A DNA stretch of 64,000 nucleotides from an uncultured Actinomycetota bacterium (GTDB lineage: Bacteria > Actinomycetota > Actinomycetes > Streptosporangiales > Streptosporangiaceae), in contig CAVYDE010000008.1 in NCBI GenBank assembly GCA_963767215.1, positions 298,767 to 362,766 on the forward strand, read 5' to 3'. The notes below the pieces were generated by a model that was given only the letters and a program-made list of their open reading frames with translations, had not been told where the DNA came from and ran no database searches. Shown here one piece after another: positions 59,101-64,000 of this stretch. The position numbers were made by a program, and so were the translations under genes. Within the stretch, counting starts at the first letter, position 1; the number at the start of each line of letters is the position of its first letter.

Positions 59101-60039
59101 TTGAAGGCAGTCCGTTTCAGTCAGTTCGGCGGCCCTGAGGTTCTCGAGATCGTGGATCTCCCCGATCCGCATCCGGGTCCGGGTCAGGTCCGGATCGCGG
59201 TCCGTGCTGCTGGCGTCAACCCGAGCGACTGGAAGAAGCGCAAGGGCCTGATGGAAGGGGAGCTCCCGCAGACCATGGGCTACGAGGCGGCGGGCGTTAT
59301 CGACGAGCTCGGCGAGGCCGTTGTCGGCGTGGCCGTCGGCGATCGCGTGTTCGGCTTCTCCGCCGAGGGGGCGGCCCAGGCCGAACTGGCGGTGCTGTCC
59401 TACTATGCGCCGATCCCGCGGTCGCTTGACTTCCCCGGCGCCGCCGCGCTGCCGGCCGCCATCGAGACGGCCACGCGCGCGCTCGACCAGCTCGGCGCCG
59501 GGAGCGGCTGCACGCTGCTCATCAACGGCGCCTCCGGCAGTGTCGGCAGCGCCGCGGTTCAGCTCGCGGTGGTGCGCGGTGCGCGCGTTATCGGCACCGC
59601 CAGTCCGGCAAACCACGAGTACCTTCGCTTGCTCGGGGCCGAGCCGGTCGCCTATGGCGAGGCCCTCGTGGGGCGAGTTCGCGCGCTCGCGCCTGACGGC
59701 GTCGACGCCGCGCTCGACGTCGCCGGGAGCGGCGTCCTGCCCGAGCTCATCGAGCTCGCGGGCGGCCCGGAGCACGTCGTAACGATCGCCGACTTCGGTG
59801 GCGCGCGGCAGCACGGGGTGACGTTCAGCAGCGGGGACGCTGGCCGCGCGGTCCATGCGCTCGCCGAGATAGGCGAGCTGATCGAGTCCGGGCGCTTCTC
59901 GCTCCCGGTCGCGCAGACCTTTCCGCTCGCCGAGATCGCGGCCGCGCACCAAGTCAGCGAGGGCGGTCACGTGCGCGGGAAGCTCGTGCTGGTCGTCGGC
60001 TCTCCGGCTGACCGGCCCTCAGCTGCCCGGCAGGGATGA
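59101..60039 (+). CDS. NADPH:quinone oxidoreductase / zinc-independent MDR family
   Basis: LKAVRFSQFGGPEVLEIVDLPDPHPGPGQVRIAVRAAGVNPSDWKKRKG...INGASGSVGSAAVQLA. TTG 59101 after GGAG. Confidence 0.8.
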   Translation: MKAVRFSQFGGPEVLEIVDLPDPHPGPGQVRIAVRAAGVNPSDWKKRKGLMEGELPQTMGYEAAGVIDELGEAVVGVAVGDRVFGFSAEGAAQAELAVLSYYAPIPRSLDFPGAAALPAAIETATRALDQLGAGSGCTLLINGASGSVGSAAVQLAVVRGARVIGTASPANHEYLRLLGAEPVAYGEALVGRVRALAPDGVDAALDVAGSGVLPELIELAGGPEHVVTIADFGGARQHGVTFSSGDAGRAVHALAEIGELIESGRFSLPVAQTFPLAEIAAAHQVSEGGHVRGKLVLVVGSPADRPSAARQG

Positions 60040-61320
60040 GCCTGGCGGAATCATGCGGCCCTTCCATTCGCCGCCACGGCCGCGGTAATGGCGGCGGGCT
60101 GAGTCGGCGGTCATGGCGGCGTACGTGGCGGCGATCAGCGGCAGGCTGAAGCCACGTAGCGGCGACAGCCGGTAGAGCCGCAGGATCGGCACGTAGCTGA
60201 CTGCCATCAGCAGCCAGCCGGCCAGCCCAGCGGACGCCAGCCAGGAGGCATCCTGATGGCCGGCTCCGGCCGCTAGCATAGCTAGTCCGCTGATGGCGGC
60301 CAGGGGCGGCAGCAGGTACAGCCAGGTCAGGCCGACCACGGCCCCCGCTGTCGCCGCGAGGGAGTAGCGAAGCTGGGTGTAGGCGCTGCGGGCGACCATG
60401 TCCCAGATGTCGGCCAGCCTGTCGTAGGGGCGCATGCTGATGACGTCAGTGGTCAGTCCGAGCCAGCAGCGGCCGCCGGCGCGTTTGAGCAGTTTGCCGA
60501 GTGCGACGTCGTCGATTCGCGCGCCGCTGATTTGTGCCAGTCCGCCCGCCGCGGCTAGCGCGCCGACGCTGACCAGCATGCAGCCGCCGGCCGCGGCCGC
60601 CGTGCGGGACCGGGTGCGACCTACCCGCGCGAACGGGTACAGCTGGGCGAAGAAGTACACGAACGCGGGGATCAGCAGCCGTTCCGCGCGGTTGCCGGTG
60701 CGCAGCAGCGCCATCTGGGAGACCATCGCGAACTCGCCGCCGGCGGCCGCGCGAGCCAGCGCCGTGAGGGTGCCTGGCCGATACGCGATATCAGCGTCGG
60801 TGAACAAGATGTAGTCCGCGTCAGCGCCGACGGCACGGACGCCCTCCGCCATTGCCCAGACCTTGCCGGCCCATCCGGGCTGCGTGTGCCGGGCGCCGGC
60901 AACGCGGAGCTCACGGACGCCGGGGCCGGCCACGGGCCTTCCGGCCGGCTGACCGTCGGCGGTGCCCGTGACGTGCCAGCCGCCCTGGGTGCCGAGTGCG
61001 GCAGCGGTCTTGGCAGTGCCATCGGTGCTGTCGTCGTCGACAACAATCACCGCGAACTTGCCAGGGTAGTCCTGACTCAGCAGGCTGGGCAGGCAGGCAG
61101 GGAGAATGTCGGCCTCGTTCCTGGCCGGAACGACCGCTATCACGGCGGGCAGCGGGATCACCGCCGCCTCGACGGGTGGCAGCCGGCGGCCGGTGCGCCA
61201 GTAGCCGCCCCGCAGGGTCAGCAGGTAGAGCCAGGCGAGCGCCGCCAGCGACGTCAGTACGCAGAGAGTAAGGACGAGTCCTCCTGCCGACGACAGTGGC
61301 CGGGCGCCGGCGCACGCCAT
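60019..61320 (-). CDS. glycosyltransferase family 2 membrane protein (HpnB-like sequence pattern)
   Basis: VIAVVPARNEADILPACLPSLLSQDYPGKFAVIVVDDDSTDGT...ILFTDADI, with TM helices at both ends. Confidence 0.8.
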   Translation of the reverse strand: MACAGARPLSSAGGLVLTLCVLTSLAALAWLYLLTLRGGYWRTGRRLPPVEAAVIPLPAVIAVVPARNEADILPACLPSLLSQDYPGKFAVIVVDDDSTDGTAKTAAALGTQGGWHVTGTADGQPAGRPVAGPGVRELRVAGARHTQPGWAGKVWAMAEGVRAVGADADYILFTDADIAYRPGTLTALARAAAGGEFAMVSQMALLRTGNRAERLLIPAFVYFFAQLYPFARVGRTRSRTAAAAGGCMLVSVGALAAAGGLAQISGARIDDVALGKLLKRAGGRCWLGLTTDVISMRPYDRLADIWDMVARSAYTQLRYSLAATAGAVVGLTWLYLLPPLAAISGLAMLAAGAGHQDASWLASAGLAGWLLMAVSYVPILRLYRLSPLRGFSLPLIAATYAAMTADSARRHYRGRGGEWKGRMIPPGSSLPGS

Positions 61321-61624
61321 GAGCCTGATCCGGCCCGCCACAGCGAAGGCTCCCGGCAGTGCACTGTATCTCGCTGCGACCTCAGCCGGCGCGCACGTGG
61401 GCAACCGGCAGTCGCCTGACCCGGCGCTTGGCAGTCACCTGCCCGTGGCTTGGCAGTCGCCTGGCCGGCGGCTCGGTTGCCGCCTGGCCCGTGACTCCGC
61501 CGTCGCCCGGCCGGTGGCTTAGCCGGACGAACTTCTGATGCCCCGCAGCGCTCCGGGCAGCCTAGAGGATCTTCCAACTATCGGAACTCTATGTTGTTAA
61601 CTGGAATCCCGGTAAGGTACGTGC

Positions 61625-62395
61625 ATGGACCTGGACGACCAGCCCCGGCTTGTCGGGGCGGATCGCGTTCTCGGGATCCTCGCCGAACTGGCGCGTTATC
61701 CGGAGGGCATCTCGCTGGAGGAGATGACCAGGGCGGCCGGCAGTTCGAAGCCGACAGTGCACCGCGCTCTGGCGTGCCTGCGGCGGTCGGGTTTTGCCGC
61801 GAGGAACACCCACGGGCACTACGTGCTCGGGGACGAGTTCATGCGGCTCGCGTTCGCACACCACGAGGCGCGGCCTGATCATCTGCGCATTGCGCCGGCG
61901 CTGACCGCGCTCGCCGAGCGCTATGGCGAGACTGCTCACTACGCGGTTCTCGACGGGGACACGGTGGTCTACCGGGCGAAGGTCGACCCGCCGTACGGGG
62001 CGCTGCGGCTGACCTCCACCGTCGGCGGCCGCAATCCCGTGCACAGCACAGGTGTCGGCAAGCTGCTGTTGGCCTACGCCCTGCCCGACGACGACGCCGT
62101 GCGCGCATGGGCTGGCGACAAGGTGCTGGACCGGCGCACCGAGCACACCCTGACCACGGCACGCGCGCTGGCGGCCGAGCTGCGAACTGTCAGGACGCGC
62201 GGGTACGCGGTCGACGACCAGGAGAACGAGCCAGGCATTGTGTGCGTCGCAGTGCCGGTGTTCCTGACGTCGCCGACTCGGCCGAGCGGGGCGGTCAGCG
62301 TCTCCGCTCCGGCGTACCGCACGTCGTTGCAGGTCCTGATAGAGCAGGTCCCGTCCATCCTCGCGGCGATCGATGGTTCAGGGACGATCGGATGA
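61625..62395 (+). CDS. IclR family transcriptional regulator
   Basis: RVLGILAELARYPEGISLEEMTRAAGSSKPTVHRALACLRRSGF HTH plus an IclR effector domain (GVGKLLLAY, PGIVCVAVPV). Confidence 0.9.
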   Translation: MDLDDQPRLVGADRVLGILAELARYPEGISLEEMTRAAGSSKPTVHRALACLRRSGFAARNTHGHYVLGDEFMRLAFAHHEARPDHLRIAPALTALAERYGETAHYAVLDGDTVVYRAKVDPPYGALRLTSTVGGRNPVHSTGVGKLLLAYALPDDDAVRAWAGDKVLDRRTEHTLTTARALAAELRTVRTRGYAVDDQENEPGIVCVAVPVFLTSPTRPSGAVSVSAPAYRTSLQVLIEQVPSILAAIDGSGTIG

Positions 62396-62489
62396 TCGCG
62401 GCCGGCGGGCGCCGCCCCTGGCGCGGCAGCGTACGAGAGATTCAGGTGGGCCGCCGTCGCTGACGGGCCATCGGGACAGACGGAGGAAC

Positions 62490-63524
62490 ATGCGCGCGCT
62501 CGTTTTCCACGGACCGTGGAACATGACTGTCGAAGACCGGCCAGAACCCCAGCCTGGCCCTGGCGAGGTGCTGCTCGCGATCATCGCCACGGGGATCTGC
62601 GGATCCGACCTGCACGGCTACACCGGTGAGACCGGCCGGCGTCAGCCGGGCCAGGTCATGGGGCACGAAACCGTCGGCCGCGTGCTGGCGGACCCGACCG
62701 GCCAGCACCGGCCGGGCGCGCTGGTCACCGTCAACCCCGTCCTCGGCTGCGGGGACTGTGCCGCCTGCGCCGCGGGCGCGCCGCACCACTGCCCCGACCG
62801 GCGGGTCATCGGCGTCCAGGCTGATATCAGCGCCGCCTTCGCCGAGCGCATGGTGGCGCCGGCTCACAACGTGGTTCCGCTGCCCGAGAGCACTCCGCCC
62901 GACATCGGCAGCCTCGTCGAGCCGCTCGCGGTCGGATATCACGCGGTTCAACGCGGTGGACTCAGCGACGACGACACCGTCTATATCGTCGGCGGCGGGC
63001 CGATCGGTCAGGCGGTGGCCATCGCAGCCCGCCGCCTCGGCGGGGCCGCGCCGGTGGTCGCCGAGCTTGATCCCGCCCGCCGGAGCCTGCTCAAGCTGCT
63101 CGGCTTCACCACAGTTGACCCGGCGACGCAGAGCACCGCTGACATCACCGCGATCCTCGGCGGACCGCCGACCGTGGTCGTCGACGCCGTGGGCGCGACT
63201 GCCACTGTCCAGGGCGCGCTGGATATCTCGGCGCTCGGGGCCCGGATCGTCTTGGTCGGCATGGCGACGCCACGGCTCGATCTCGCCGCCTACGCCGTGA
63301 GCACCGGCGAACGCGCTCTCATCGGCAGCTTCAGTTACGACGAGGCGGCCTTCCGCGACACCGCTAGCTGGGCGAGTGCGCACGCAGCCGAGCTAGAACC
63401 GCTGATCGAGGGCCGCGTCGACCTCGACGAGGCACCCGAGGCATTCCGCGCGGTCGCCAGCGGGACGCTGACCGCCAGCAAGGTCCTTGTGTATCCCGCG
63501 GGCCGGCCGGGTATCGCGCCGTGA
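62490..63524 (+). CDS. zinc-dependent alcohol/polyol dehydrogenase (MDR family)
   Basis: MRALVFHGPWNMTVEDRPEP...GICGSDLHGY...GHETVG...CGDCAACAAG...VGGGPIGQ. GGAGGA RBS before ATG 62490. Confidence 0.9.
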   Translation: MRALVFHGPWNMTVEDRPEPQPGPGEVLLAIIATGICGSDLHGYTGETGRRQPGQVMGHETVGRVLADPTGQHRPGALVTVNPVLGCGDCAACAAGAPHHCPDRRVIGVQADISAAFAERMVAPAHNVVPLPESTPPDIGSLVEPLAVGYHAVQRGGLSDDDTVYIVGGGPIGQAVAIAARRLGGAAPVVAELDPARRSLLKLLGFTTVDPATQSTADITAILGGPPTVVVDAVGATATVQGALDISALGARIVLVGMATPRLDLAAYAVSTGERALIGSFSYDEAAFRDTASWASAHAAELEPLIEGRVDLDEAPEAFRAVASGTLTASKVLVYPAGRPGIAP

Positions 63525-63854
63525 CCGGCGACCAGGACTCTGGGGAACCGGGTCGCCGGGTGCGGCGAGCAGGCCGGCTACCCGCCTCGGCATCGGTCAT
63601 GACAGGATTTGACCCCTGCAATCTGGCCGATGACACAGATCGCGGGGATCGGCGCTAGCGCAGCCCCGGCCACCGACGGCCGGGCGGCGCCGGGGCCAGC
63701 CTCGGAGAGGACGGCGGTGAGCGCTCCGGTCAGCATCGGGGATGCCGTCGCGCTGCGCGCACGGCTGGCGGGCGCGCGCGCGGCCGGAACTCACCGCGGA
63801 TCACGTCGTCATGCCCGAGGCGGTCGCAATCGCGTGATACAGGGCGGGTAACAG

Positions 63855-64000
63855 ATGCGGATCGCGCTGTTCGCCACCTGCCTGGCCGACACGCTGTTTC
63901 CCGATGTCGCCAAGGCCACCGTCACCGTGCTCGAGCGGCTGGGGCACCGGATCGATTTCCCGGCCGAGCAGACCTGCTGCGGGCAGATGCATATCAACAC
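63855..64000 (+). CDS. lutA: (Fe-S)-binding CCG-domain protein, LutA/LldE-like; 5' fragment only
   Basis: MRIALFATCLADTLFPDVAKATVTVLERLGHRIDFPAEQTCCGQMHIN is the typical LutA N-terminus. Runs off the window end. Confidence 0.75.
   Translation, partial: MRIALFATCLADTLFPDVAKATVTVLERLGHRIDFPAEQTCCGQMHIN

Noticed and set aside
60019-61320. GT2 gene as hopanoid-associated HpnB marking a hopanoid cluster
   Set aside because: The sequence pattern resembles HpnB, but no squalene-hopene cyclase or other hpn genes lie nearby. I kept the generic GT2 call.

Overview
Very GC-rich (about 70 percent by eye) chromosomal segment from an actinomycete (Actinomycetota), with about 55 protein-coding genes. I found no rRNA or tRNA, no CRISPR array and no recognisable transposase, integrase or phage genes. 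Conserved housekeeping genes: zwf (partial), GH15 trehalase/glucoamylase, cydA-cydB-fused cydDC, pit with its Rv0544c/Rv0543c-like partner genes, cardiolipin-synthase-type CDP-alcohol transferase plus an 832-aa NDP-sugar pyrophosphorylase/phosphomannomutase, the FHA-MerR-nuclease-MerR block (M. tuberculosis Rv1827-Rv1830 synteny), and gcvP behind a glycine riboswitch. Between these lie regulators (TetR, GntR, XRE-LysR, IclR), oxidoreductases, hydrolases and secreted or membrane proteins of unknown function. The two best candidates for undescribed biology are: (1) 30185-34817, a SpeH AdoMet decarboxylase divergent from four translationally coupled genes (BpsA/DUF43-like aminopropyltransferase, GNAT, FkbH-like HAD-IIIC protein, ACP), next to a convergent CapA-family gene; (2) 39161-44366, an ABC system with no binding-protein gene, made of a duplicated permease and a 1153-aa ATPase that carries two tandem KdpD-N/Usp sensor modules. 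Other points of interest are a lysyl-oxidase-like protein without the copper histidine triad, a dual-HTH XRE-LysR regulator, a six-repeat secreted protein, and a duplicated pit module with a decayed copy. Caveat: at least eight genes need frame corrections, four of which I traced to G/C homopolymer runs, so sequence-quality indels are as likely as true pseudogenes. All calls rest on reading translations and motifs by eye; no searches were run.
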